Source: Candidatus Brocadiia bacterium (GTDB taxonomy: Bacteria; Planctomycetota; Brocadiia; CAIUPP01). From it: a DNA stretch of 64,000 bases. Location of the stretch: positions 1 to 64,000 of the forward strand of contig JBEKCB010000026.1 of the NCBI GenBank assembly GCA_050015075.1, in the 5' to 3' direction. Shown here piece after piece: positions 40,468-49,270 of this stretch (the stretch's first letter is position 1; every line of letters starts with the position of its first letter). The translations under genes were made by a program, and so were the position numbers. The notes under the pieces were generated by a model that ran no database searches, was not told the origin of the DNA, and saw only the letters and a list, made by a program, of their open reading frames with translations.

Positions 40468-41559
40468 ATGACCAAATTTATTCCTCGCGGGCGGCTGGCA
40501 GAGGCTCTGCAACTGTTCGTTGACAAGCGCTGGATCGCCGGCGCCGTGATGCTCGTGGCCGACAAAGACAAAGTGCTGAGTCTGGAGACGGTCGGCTACG
40601 CTGATCTGGCGGCCGGCAAGCCGATGCGACCCGACACGCTCTTCTGGGTCGCCTCGCAGTCCAAGCCGATCACCGCCGTGGCTTTCATGATGCTCGTGGA
40701 TGAAGGCAAGGTGAGCCTGGATGACCCGGTGGAAAAGCACCTGCCGGAATTCAAGGGCCAATGGCTCCGCGTCGAGCAGGATGCCGATCACGCGCTGCTG
40801 CGGAAGCCGCGGCACCCGATCACGGTTCGCAATATCCTCAGCCACACCGGCGGCTTGGCTTTTTCTTCGCCCGTGGAAACGCCGACGCGGGATATGCTCA
40901 CGCTGCGCCAGGCGGCTGCGAGCTATGCCATGATGCCGCTGGAATTCGAGCCGGACACCCGGTACCAATATTCCAACGCCGGGATCAACATCGCCGGCCG
41001 CATCATCGAGGTTCTCAGCGGCATGCCCTACGAGGAATTCCTGGACCGGCGCCTTCTCAAGCCGCTCGGGATGAAGGACACGACCTTCCGGCCGAACAAG
41101 CGCCAGTTGGCCCGCCTGACGAAAGCGTATAAGCCGAATGCCGCCGGCACCGACCTTGAGGAGACGCCCATCCCGGAGTTCCACTATCCGCTCGATGACC
41201 GCGCGAGGCAGCCCATCCCCGGCGGCGGCTTGTTCTCCACCGCCCGGGACTGCTGCCGCTTCTGCCAGATGATGCTCAACGGAGGGACTTTCAAGGGGAC
41301 GCGGTATCTCTCCGAAAGCGCCGTCCGGGAAATGACCCGCCGCCAGACCGCCGATGGGCTCTCCGAGAGCTACGGCCTGGGCTGGATCGTGGGCGATGTC
41401 TGGTTCCGGCACGGCGGCGCGATGAGCACCATCATGATCATTGACGTGCGACTCGGGCTGATCCGGGTCTATCTCGTGCAGCACGCCGGCTACCTCGGCG
41501 ATGGAGTCCAGGGGGTCACGGTCTTTAATGAACTGGTGGAACGTGAGTACGCCGGCTGA
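40468..41559 (+). CDS. Serine hydrolase, beta-lactamase class C-like
   Basis: ASQSK (SxxK), LSHTGG, YSN, GGGLFST and HGG motifs. Confidence 0.92.
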   Translation: MTKFIPRGRLAEALQLFVDKRWIAGAVMLVADKDKVLSLETVGYADLAAGKPMRPDTLFWVASQSKPITAVAFMMLVDEGKVSLDDPVEKHLPEFKGQWLRVEQDADHALLRKPRHPITVRNILSHTGGLAFSSPVETPTRDMLTLRQAAASYAMMPLEFEPDTRYQYSNAGINIAGRIIEVLSGMPYEEFLDRRLLKPLGMKDTTFRPNKRQLARLTKAYKPNAAGTDLEETPIPEFHYPLDDRARQPIPGGGLFSTARDCCRFCQMMLNGGTFKGTRYLSESAVREMTRRQTADGLSESYGLGWIVGDVWFRHGGAMSTIMIIDVRLGLIRVYLVQHAGYLGDGVQGVTVFNELVEREYAG

Positions 41560-41609
41560 AGTCAGGGTTGTTGCGCCCGTAATCGCCCTCTAAAAAGACC
41601 GCGATCACC

Positions 41610-41654
41610 GCCCCGGGGCAGGCTGTTCGGCTTGCTCCGGGGCACTTTCTTTTC
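41610..41654 (+). terminator. Rho-independent terminator
   Basis: gccccggggcaggc...gcttgctccggggc followed by actttctttt. Confidence 0.75.
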
Positions 41655-41799
41655 CCTCTTTTAGCTGAGGCGCAGGGCGCTGAGATGATCGAGAGTCTGG
41701 TACTCCAACATCGGCGTCTGCCTACCCAAGCGTATTGTAAAAACCACCCGCTTGTGGATGCGAAGGCGGATCTGGCGAAGGCCGAGGCGAGAGGGCATG

Positions 41800-42333
41800 T
41801 CACGAGAGCTTCCGAAGCTTGGCGCACTCCGACTTCTCGCGCTGTAGTTCCTCGGTGATGGCATTCAGCCTGGATGCTAGGCGCGTGACTTGAGCTTGGC
41901 AATGCGGGCAATGCGAAGAATATGCTCGCGCCTCGTAAATCTGACTGCGGTACCTGCGCTCCAATGCATCAAGTTGCGCGGCATGACCACTACGAACTGC
42001 GCTAAGCTCTTCCTCGTGCTTTCGTGTTGTCTCTCGGCGAACCTCGTCCATGATCTTCTGGATTTCGGCTGGTGCCCGAGACGTCGGCTCGTGAAGGGTG
42101 AAGCTCCCGTTCTCCAAGTTCTTTCTGAAGTGCTGGTTTGCCGCGTTGATCTCCTTGAAGACCTCCTCCGCCTTTCGCCGGAGCCGGGAATCCGCTGGAT
42201 ACCTGTCCGGATGCCACACGCGCGACATATCTCGGTACGCCTCCTTCAACTCCTCTTCAGTGAAGGAACTTGGCAGACGGAGCAGATCCAGATATCGGCG
42301 CTGAGCGGGGACGTCAATCTCGTCTCTCCACAT
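41800..42333 (-). CDS. J-domain protein with coiled-coil C-terminus (possibly truncated)
   Basis: LKEAYRDMSRVWHPDRY...FKEINAA; CPHC motif. Confidence 0.8.
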   Translation of the reverse strand: MWRDEIDVPAQRRYLDLLRLPSSFTEEELKEAYRDMSRVWHPDRYPADSRLRRKAEEVFKEINAANQHFRKNLENGSFTLHEPTSRAPAEIQKIMDEVRRETTRKHEEELSAVRSGHAAQLDALERRYRSQIYEARAYSSHCPHCQAQVTRLASRLNAITEELQREKSECAKLRKLS

Positions 42334-42365
42334 GGCCTATCCCTTCACGATGTTGCGGACCCGTT

Positions 42366-44792
42366 CTAATCCATCAACTGTCTAAGGCAGACGAAAAATT
42401 CCCCCAGTTTGCCTGGCTGAAATCCCTCGATCAGCGTTGCGATCAGCACACAGAGCAGGATCACACCACCGACGATTGCGGCGGTTCGGAACAACCTTCC
42501 TTTCCTCTTCGAGCTCGGCGCCATGAACACGCAGCCGAGGACCGCGACGCCAGACGCCGCGACGTCATTGAGGGCGGCGGCCACGACGTAGCGGGGGGTC
42601 TTTCCCAGTTCGGCGACGAGAATCAGGCCGTCGCTGTGCCTTCCGAAGGTCACAGCCAGGCTACCGGCCGGGACGGGCGGCGTGTCAATGATCACGTACG
42701 AGTAGTAGTTCCGCAGAAGCGCCAGCAAGTCCTTGCAGCGCTGGTACAAGGGGGCTTCAAAGCCCGCGTCGGGGCCGATTTCCAACGAAGGCAGAATGTC
42801 CACGTTGTGGATGGCCGTCTCATAAACGCGGCCATCGAGCTTGAGTCCGTCCAGGAGCACCTCGCGCAGGCCGGACTGGACGCGGACATTCATCGCCAGA
42901 TGCAGAGAGGGCTGGACGAAGTCGCCGTCCACGATGAGGATGCGTCCGATCTCCACCTCGCCGAGGGCGGCGGCCAGGTTGAGGGCAAAGCTCGTCTTCC
43001 CAAGCGATGGCACTGCTGACGAAACCGTGATCACGCGTGGCGGCCGTCCGCCGTTCAGAGCCAGCAGCTTTGCGCGAAGATGACGAAACTCGTTGGCAAT
43101 GCAGCCGGAAGGGCCGTGGACCATCGCGAGGTCGGGCGACGGAGGCCCCCAGTGTCCGGGAATCCGCACGAAGTCAGAGACAGCTAGTCGAGGGACGCCT
43201 TCAGTTGCCGGACCATCCGCACATGGGGCCGGATGCGCCGTGCCTCGGCCTTCGGGGCGAAGCATGGCCCGGGGCCGAATGGCGCCAAACGCGCCGATGT
43301 CGCCCAAGACTGGGACTCTGAGGAATGCAGCCGCCTTTTCAACGGTCCGAAATGATCCGCGCTCCTGGAACGTCACAAGCGCCAGACCAATTATCAGCCC
43401 TCCCAACAGACATGCGAACGCGAGCGGCAGGCGGTTGCTATCGTAAGGCTCCGCCGGCTCGAGCGCGCGCGCGATGATCTCCACCTGCGCGCCGTTCGGC
43501 TCGAACTGCACCCGGCTGAGGTTCTGGAGCGCGAGCAGGCTCTTGTGATAATCCTCGTAGACCTCCTTGGCTTCATCGTGCTGCCGCAGAATGTCGTCGT
43601 ACTGCTTCTCCTCGTCCACCACCTTCCGGATGGAGGCCTCATTCGCCATGATCAGCGCCTGGGTCTCGCGGAGCGAGGCCTCCTCGGCCTTGATTTCCTG
43701 TTCCGCCGTCATCCGGGACTGGAGGAGTGTCTGATACAGCGGGTTGATGGTCTCGTGAATGCCGTCAGGTACGCGTTCGGGCGTGTTTTTCAGTTGGGCC
43801 TCGAGCGCGGTGATCTCGTCTTGGACGCCCCTCACCTGCGGGTCCTCCCGCGCGTGCGTCGCCAGCAGGGACACCAAAAACTTGTTCCGCGCGACGAGCA
43901 CGTCCTGGAGTTCCTGTCGGGCGGGGTTGTCCACGGTCTGGACGTCACTCTTGATGGTCTTCTCCACCTCATTGATCTGCCGGTCTATTTCGGTGAGTCG
44001 GTTTGGACCGGCGCTCAGCAGAAGCAGATGCGCGCCCTCGCTGGTCCGCAGCGTCTGAAGCGTGGCCAGAATGCCGCGTTTGACCTCGGGCAGTTCGGTC
44101 CAATGCTCGCGAGTGTACTTATCCAGCTCGATGTTCATCTTCCGGATGATGGCGAGGTTGTCGTCGCACTGCGTCTTGAAGTAATCAATGGCCTGCAGGG
44201 TGTCGTCGCGCGAGTTTCGCTGGCTTTCCTCGACGTAGTTGTCGGCGATCGCGTTGGCGATCTTCTGCGAGGAGGAGGCGTCCTTGTCCATCACGGCGAT
44301 TTCGATCAGGTCCACGCCGCGCCCTTGCGCGACCATTCTGATCATGATGGAGGTCTTCAGTTTCTCGTATTCGTCTTGCCAGTCGTCGGCGGTCTTGAGG
44401 TCCACGTCCAGCCTGAGCTGTTTGATGACCCTGTCGAGGTTGGTCCAGGTGAGGATCTCCGCCCGCATCGTCTCGATAGGGACAGGACCGTTGTTGCGGA
44501 TCATCATGCTCCCGGCGGCGGCGTTGGTGAGGGCCAGGTCTTTTCTTTTCACGAGCGCGGTAGCGCGGTATTTTTCGGGGACGGTCTTCCACATCGGGAG
44601 GATCAGCAGCACGCCCAGAGCCAACGGCCCGAGCAGCGCGTACTTCCTGCGATGAATCATCCTGCGGATAGATACGCTCAGCGGCGGGGCTGTTGCGGAC
44701 CTCCCGGCTTTCCTGGGAGCGCCGCATTTCGGGCACGCTTTCGCGCGATCGGACAGATCGCCGCCGCACTCGATACACTGGATCAGCGCCAT
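42366..44792 (-). CDS. Atypical Wzc/GumC-like co-polymerase/BY-kinase with N-terminal zinc ribbon
   Basis: CIECG...CPKCG; TM-coiled coil-TM; FRHLRAKL, Walker A-like SSAVPSLGKT, LIVDGD and IIDTPP; no C-terminal Tyr cluster. Confidence 0.82.
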   Translation of the reverse strand: MALIQCIECGGDLSDRAKACPKCGAPRKAGRSATAPPLSVSIRRMIHRRKYALLGPLALGVLLILPMWKTVPEKYRATALVKRKDLALTNAAAGSMMIRNNGPVPIETMRAEILTWTNLDRVIKQLRLDVDLKTADDWQDEYEKLKTSIMIRMVAQGRGVDLIEIAVMDKDASSSQKIANAIADNYVEESQRNSRDDTLQAIDYFKTQCDDNLAIIRKMNIELDKYTREHWTELPEVKRGILATLQTLRTSEGAHLLLLSAGPNRLTEIDRQINEVEKTIKSDVQTVDNPARQELQDVLVARNKFLVSLLATHAREDPQVRGVQDEITALEAQLKNTPERVPDGIHETINPLYQTLLQSRMTAEQEIKAEEASLRETQALIMANEASIRKVVDEEKQYDDILRQHDEAKEVYEDYHKSLLALQNLSRVQFEPNGAQVEIIARALEPAEPYDSNRLPLAFACLLGGLIIGLALVTFQERGSFRTVEKAAAFLRVPVLGDIGAFGAIRPRAMLRPEGRGTAHPAPCADGPATEGVPRLAVSDFVRIPGHWGPPSPDLAMVHGPSGCIANEFRHLRAKLLALNGGRPPRVITVSSAVPSLGKTSFALNLAAALGEVEIGRILIVDGDFVQPSLHLAMNVRVQSGLREVLLDGLKLDGRVYETAIHNVDILPSLEIGPDAGFEAPLYQRCKDLLALLRNYYSYVIIDTPPVPAGSLAVTFGRHSDGLILVAELGKTPRYVVAAALNDVAASGVAVLGCVFMAPSSKRKGRLFRTAAIVGGVILLCVLIATLIEGFQPGKLGEFFVCLRQLMD

Positions 44793-44852
44793 TCTGCCAC
44801 GCTCCTTTCGTCCCCTCGGCCAGCCCTTCTGGCTCTCTCCGACCAACAGCGA

Positions 44853-47180
44853 TTAGTGGGAGGCATACGCGCCTATGTCCGCAGACGTGCCGGCAACATC
44901 AAGCCGTGGGTTGCCGTCTTCGTCGGCAGAAGGCGCGGCGGAAGCGCTCCCGGCAGCAATACATGGGGAACCGCCCGTAAGACGGAAGTCCTCACCCGCT
45001 TCGCTTACGAACAGCGGATCTGCGTTGAGGTTGCCTTGTCCCCACGTGAGCGTGCACCCAGGATCCTGTTCTACACCAGCCTGCCCGTGTTGCACGTCGT
45101 TGTAACTGATCGTAAGGCTGCTCGGCATCGAAGTGTCGCTGCCGAGATAGAGGGCAATCTCAGGCCCACTCGCAGCCCCATTCGTGGCAGTGTCGTTCCA
45201 GAGGATGCAGTTTGTGAGAGTGGCTTTGGAGCTTCGTTTAAGCGCGACACCGCCACCGATAGGCGCCTTGTTCCCAGTGATCGTGTTATTCACGAGATTC
45301 GCTGTGCTACGGAAGTCAACGGAGATGCCGCCCGCTCGCCCGGCTGAGCTGTTTCCATAAACAACATTATTACTGATGGTTCCGGTGCTGTAGTCCGTCC
45401 ATGTGATGCCGCCCCCGTCAAAAAAAGCGGTGTTTTCCGCTATAACGTTGCAATCAATTATCCTGGGTCCTGGATTTCCCGCGTAGCATGAACTGGTAAT
45501 GCCTGCACCTCTTTCTCTGGCGGCGTTCCTTTGGATGATGTTCCTCACGACCATAACGGCAGAAGCGTCCAGCATGATGCCGGCGCCGGAATGGGTCGTG
45601 ATATTGCCCGTAATCGTGTTGTCGGAGATCGTTGCGGACGACGACAAAAGGCACAGGATTCCGCCGCCATTGGTACTAATGCCATTGCCGTTTTGGACGG
45701 TAAAACCACTGACGGTCACACCCGTGACTTTGTTGAGCGTGATGCAAATCCCGATCTTATTGCCGTCAATGATGCTCTTGCCTGCTCCCGCGCCCTGGAG
45801 CGTCAAGCCGCTATGTGTGTTTCCTATGGTGATATTCTCCTGGTAGATTCCAGGATCAGCCCACAATGTTACTCCCGTACCGATGTCGGGATACTTATTC
45901 AGCAGCGCCTGAATGTGCCGCATCGGTGTTCCCGCTGTCAGACCATCGTTCGAATCGTTGCCGGGTGCCGTGCACTGGCCCTCCGAATCTACGGAGTCGC
46001 CGTTGACATAACAGGTCTGGGACTGGGCAAATACGGCCTTGGGTGTCGTGACGACAGTCGAGGGGCCGCTCGGGACCGCCGGCATTTCAGGAACGAGAGC
46101 CGAGTTGTCCGCGGGCGGTTGGCTGATGCTCTTTGAGGCCGACGGCGTCGCAGGAATCTGCTTCTTGTTTGACTGGGATACCAAATGATTGAGGACGAGG
46201 GCCAAAACAACGATGCAGAGCGTTGCCGCGATGATGGCGACCGGACGCCGGCGCTTCCGGCGGATTCCGCCGTGCGGCCCGACGGGAGACGATCCCGCGG
46301 CGATGCGGTGAAGGTCGGCAACCACGTCATTCATGCTCGCGTACCGGTCGCGATGCTCCCGCGCCATGCATCCTTCGGCTATCGTCACAAGGCCGGGCGG
46401 GCCTTTCGGATTCAGCCTGGTGATCGGTTCGGGTGGACCGGCCAGTATCTGCTTGATGATCATCTCAGGCGTGCGGCCGACGTACGGCGGCCGGCCGGTC
46501 AGCATTTCATAGAGTATCGCCCCCAGGGAATAGATGTCGCAACGCGTGTCTTCCGCTTCGCCTGCAGCCACGGCCGGGGACATGTATGCAGGCGTGCCCA
46601 CAGACTGGTTTTGCCGCACGTCCAGGACAGAGTCATTGAATACCGTGCGCGCAAGGCCGAAGTCGGCCAGACATGCGCGACCGTCTTGGCAGAGCAAGAC
46701 GTTCCCAGGCTTCAAGTCGCGATGGATGATCCCTTTCGAGTGGGCATAGGCGAGGGCCTCAGCGATGCCGCTCACGATCTCAAGCGTCGCGTCGTAACCC
46801 AGGGGCGTTTTCTGGGCGAGCCGTTTGGCGAGACTGCCTTCCGCAATCAGCGGCATCACGAAATAGGGTTGCCGGGAGGCCTCAGAGACTTCGAGCACGG
46901 GTAGGATATTCGGGTGGCTCATTCGTCGCTGATGCTGCGCCTCGACCAGGAAACGATGGACCAATTCGGGCGCGTCGAGAAGATCAGGTCGGAGCACTTT
47001 GATCGCGAACAGGTTGCCGTTCTTGGCATCCCTGGCCAGAAACACGATCCCCATTCCGCCGATGCCCAGAATATCGATCAACTCGAAATGCCCGACCACT
47101 CCCATGATCCCAGGATGGGGCGGTGGCCCGATCACTCGCCGCCGCAATAGCCCTTGAACAGGGTCGAGCGATTCCGACAT
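44853..47180 (-). CDS. Hanks-type Ser/Thr kinase with TM helix and extracellular beta-helix domain
   Basis: GIGGMGIV, AIK, HRDLKPGN, DFG, GTPAYMSP and DIYSLG; GG-I/N-ladder repeats; DPLF...SPCI. Confidence 0.92.
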   Translation of the reverse strand: MSESLDPVQGLLRRRVIGPPPHPGIMGVVGHFELIDILGIGGMGIVFLARDAKNGNLFAIKVLRPDLLDAPELVHRFLVEAQHQRRMSHPNILPVLEVSEASRQPYFVMPLIAEGSLAKRLAQKTPLGYDATLEIVSGIAEALAYAHSKGIIHRDLKPGNVLLCQDGRACLADFGLARTVFNDSVLDVRQNQSVGTPAYMSPAVAAGEAEDTRCDIYSLGAILYEMLTGRPPYVGRTPEMIIKQILAGPPEPITRLNPKGPPGLVTIAEGCMAREHRDRYASMNDVVADLHRIAAGSSPVGPHGGIRRKRRRPVAIIAATLCIVVLALVLNHLVSQSNKKQIPATPSASKSISQPPADNSALVPEMPAVPSGPSTVVTTPKAVFAQSQTCYVNGDSVDSEGQCTAPGNDSNDGLTAGTPMRHIQALLNKYPDIGTGVTLWADPGIYQENITIGNTHSGLTLQGAGAGKSIIDGNKIGICITLNKVTGVTVSGFTVQNGNGISTNGGGILCLLSSSATISDNTITGNITTHSGAGIMLDASAVMVVRNIIQRNAARERGAGITSSCYAGNPGPRIIDCNVIAENTAFFDGGGITWTDYSTGTISNNVVYGNSSAGRAGGISVDFRSTANLVNNTITGNKAPIGGGVALKRSSKATLTNCILWNDTATNGAASGPEIALYLGSDTSMPSSLTISYNDVQHGQAGVEQDPGCTLTWGQGNLNADPLFVSEAGEDFRLTGGSPCIAAGSASAAPSADEDGNPRLDVAGTSADIGAYASH

Positions 47181-47199
47181 CGGCAACTGCCGGCCTGGT

Positions 47200-47748
47200 T
47201 CAACCGATGGGTCGGGTTGGTCCGCCACTTCGTCTTTCCTCAAAGTGTAACGACTCTGTGCCCTCTTGCATCAGGCGTCGCGTTGGCTCGTCCACCCACT
47301 TCTGAGTCTGTGTCCATTCGAACCCTTCCAGCAGGGCGCTGTCCTCCAGATTGGAGATCCGGCGCCCGCATCGCACGAGGGCGGCCGCAATGCTGGCGAA
47401 ATAGAGGACCGTAGCCACTGGCTGGGGCAGAGCGCTGTCCGGGTGACTGCGGTTTCTCTTGGCGAACTCTTTCGTGAGCTGGAGCAGTTCCACGGGCGGG
47501 TTCGGATGTTGAAGCAGATCTTGAAAGCTTCGCAGCACAAGCCCCTCAGCTTCGGCTAACGCTTTGAGTTTCGGTGTTATGGCAGCGTCGAGCGTCGCGA
47601 GGTCAAACCGAACCGGCGCGGACATCTGGTGCCGGTAGATAGACGCCAGTTCCTCCGGCCGCCACGCCCTCAGTGGAGGGTCAGCAACGTCGAACAACTT
47701 CGCCAGCGAGGCGGGCGTGGCTGAGCTGATGCGGTCCGGGTAACTCAA
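47200..47748 (-). CDS. Hypothetical protein between the ECF sigma and the kinase
   Basis: 182-aa ORF with RBS ggaggag, co-oriented and tightly spaced. Confidence 0.72.
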   Translation of the reverse strand: MSYPDRISSATPASLAKLFDVADPPLRAWRPEELASIYRHQMSAPVRFDLATLDAAITPKLKALAEAEGLVLRSFQDLLQHPNPPVELLQLTKEFAKRNRSHPDSALPQPVATVLYFASIAAALVRCGRRISNLEDSALLEGFEWTQTQKWVDEPTRRLMQEGTESLHFEERRSGGPTRPIG

Positions 47749-47805
47749 CGCCTTGGTCTCCTCCGCTGAACGCTTTCATACGTAGATACGCAATATCGGT
47801 CGCCA

Positions 47806-48540
47806 TCATGCGTGGGCCCGCGAAAAAATCTGACGAAGCTCCTGCAATTCCTGCTCGACCTCCTCCTCCGCATATTCGCTCATGATTCCACGCAGAATCC
47901 GCGCAAACATGCGCTTCGCAGTAATAAGCAGATTTCCCGCCTGCGTCGGCGATTCCAGCCCCAGTTTCTGGACCAGCGTCTCATATGGAAGAGGCTCGAC
48001 TTCGTCGAGGATGGGCTGGACAATGCGACTCTCGAAGATGATCCACAGGTCGTCGCGGCCGCCTGCCTTGCATTCGGCCTGCATGTCGCGCAGCGCACGA
48101 GCGAGAATCTGCCGGCCCCATTCCACGTCGAAAGCCTCGGAAGGCCCGTCCGCAGGGAAGGCTTCGTCCGGATGCTCTTGGATGTCCAGCAGCCGGGCGG
48201 GGGATCGTCTTCCGGTCTTTTCGCGTCGTATCTCGCTACGGACGTAATTATTGAGCGCAGTCAACAGAAACGTCCGGAACTTGCCGCGCTGCGCGTCGGC
48301 GCGAGCCACCAATTGCCGCTCCAGAACTTTGCTCGATATAAACCCCTGAAGGAGGTCTTCGGCTCTCTCGGGATCCGTGCCTTTTTGAACCAGGTGGGCT
48401 TTAAGAGCCGGCATATACTGCAGGAGCAGTTGTTCCAGCGCAGCCGTTCGGTCTTCGGGCTGGCCCTTTCCGGCCCGCAGGACGAGCGACCATCGAGTAG
48501 CCGGGAAGAACCGTTGAGGCGTCCCCTCACGGCCGTTCAT
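47806..48540 (-). CDS. ECF-type RNA polymerase sigma factor
   Basis: FPATRWSLV, ALEQLL..Y, AEDLLQGF, RGKFRTFLL and FDVEWG motifs. Confidence 0.88.
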   Translation of the reverse strand: MNGREGTPQRFFPATRWSLVLRAGKGQPEDRTAALEQLLLQYMPALKAHLVQKGTDPERAEDLLQGFISSKVLERQLVARADAQRGKFRTFLLTALNNYVRSEIRREKTGRRSPARLLDIQEHPDEAFPADGPSEAFDVEWGRQILARALRDMQAECKAGGRDDLWIIFESRIVQPILDEVEPLPYETLVQKLGLESPTQAGNLLITAKRMFARILRGIMSEYAEEEVEQELQELRQIFSRAHA

Positions 48541-48795
48541 AGCGTCCCCTCACTTGCGCGGCGCAGCAGATTATCACCGGTGCCCCCGCGATTTGCAAGC
48601 AAAAAGATCTGCGCAGGATTTGGTCGGTCGCTGCGTAAATATCGGTGAGAACCGGCATCATCTCCGGTTTTTGAAAGAATAAGAAAGGCAATGAAGGCGT
48701 CATCGAGACGGTCGGCGATTGTCGCGGCAGGGGTGCTTAACTTCCGCAGGTAAAGTACCATTAAAAGTATTATAAGAACAGGAAATCGGCGATTC

Positions 48796-48918
48796 GTGAT
48801 AATCGGTGGAGGAGCCGCCGGCCTCGCCGCAGCTTACGAGCTCGTGGGAAACGGCTGCACTCCCATTATCCTTGAGAAGACAGGCAGCCTCGGCGGCCTT
48901 GCCCGGACGGAAAGCTAT
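48796..48918 (+). pseudogene. N-terminal fragment of an FAD-dependent oxidoreductase
   Basis: IIGGGAAGLAAAYEL...ILEK..GGLART, after which family resemblance is lost. Confidence 0.65.
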
Positions 48919-49270
48919 ATCGCCCGCATCGCCGCCGCTCATTTCACGGGCCCCGCCTGGCGTACTACCGGTAGTGCAAGAGCTGAGTCATTTGTCGGCG
49001 TCGCGTTATCAAAAGTGCGCTGCTCCGCCTGCTTGTCTGGCACGCCAATTGCGCTTGTGCTGAATAAGGCCAACGCAGCGCGATCGGCGGACATTGGCTC
49101 TCAGAAGCTTGGCTTCTCAACGGGTTATGGATGAACGAGTTACGACTTGCGATCGGCCGTTGCATCAGCCAGGGGATTGTTGCAGCATGGAACAAGAAAT
49201 GCATCACAGTGTGTTTTTTCGAGCCGGATCACGATCCACCTGAGATATTCGATTTTTTCTGGAGCAAAGC

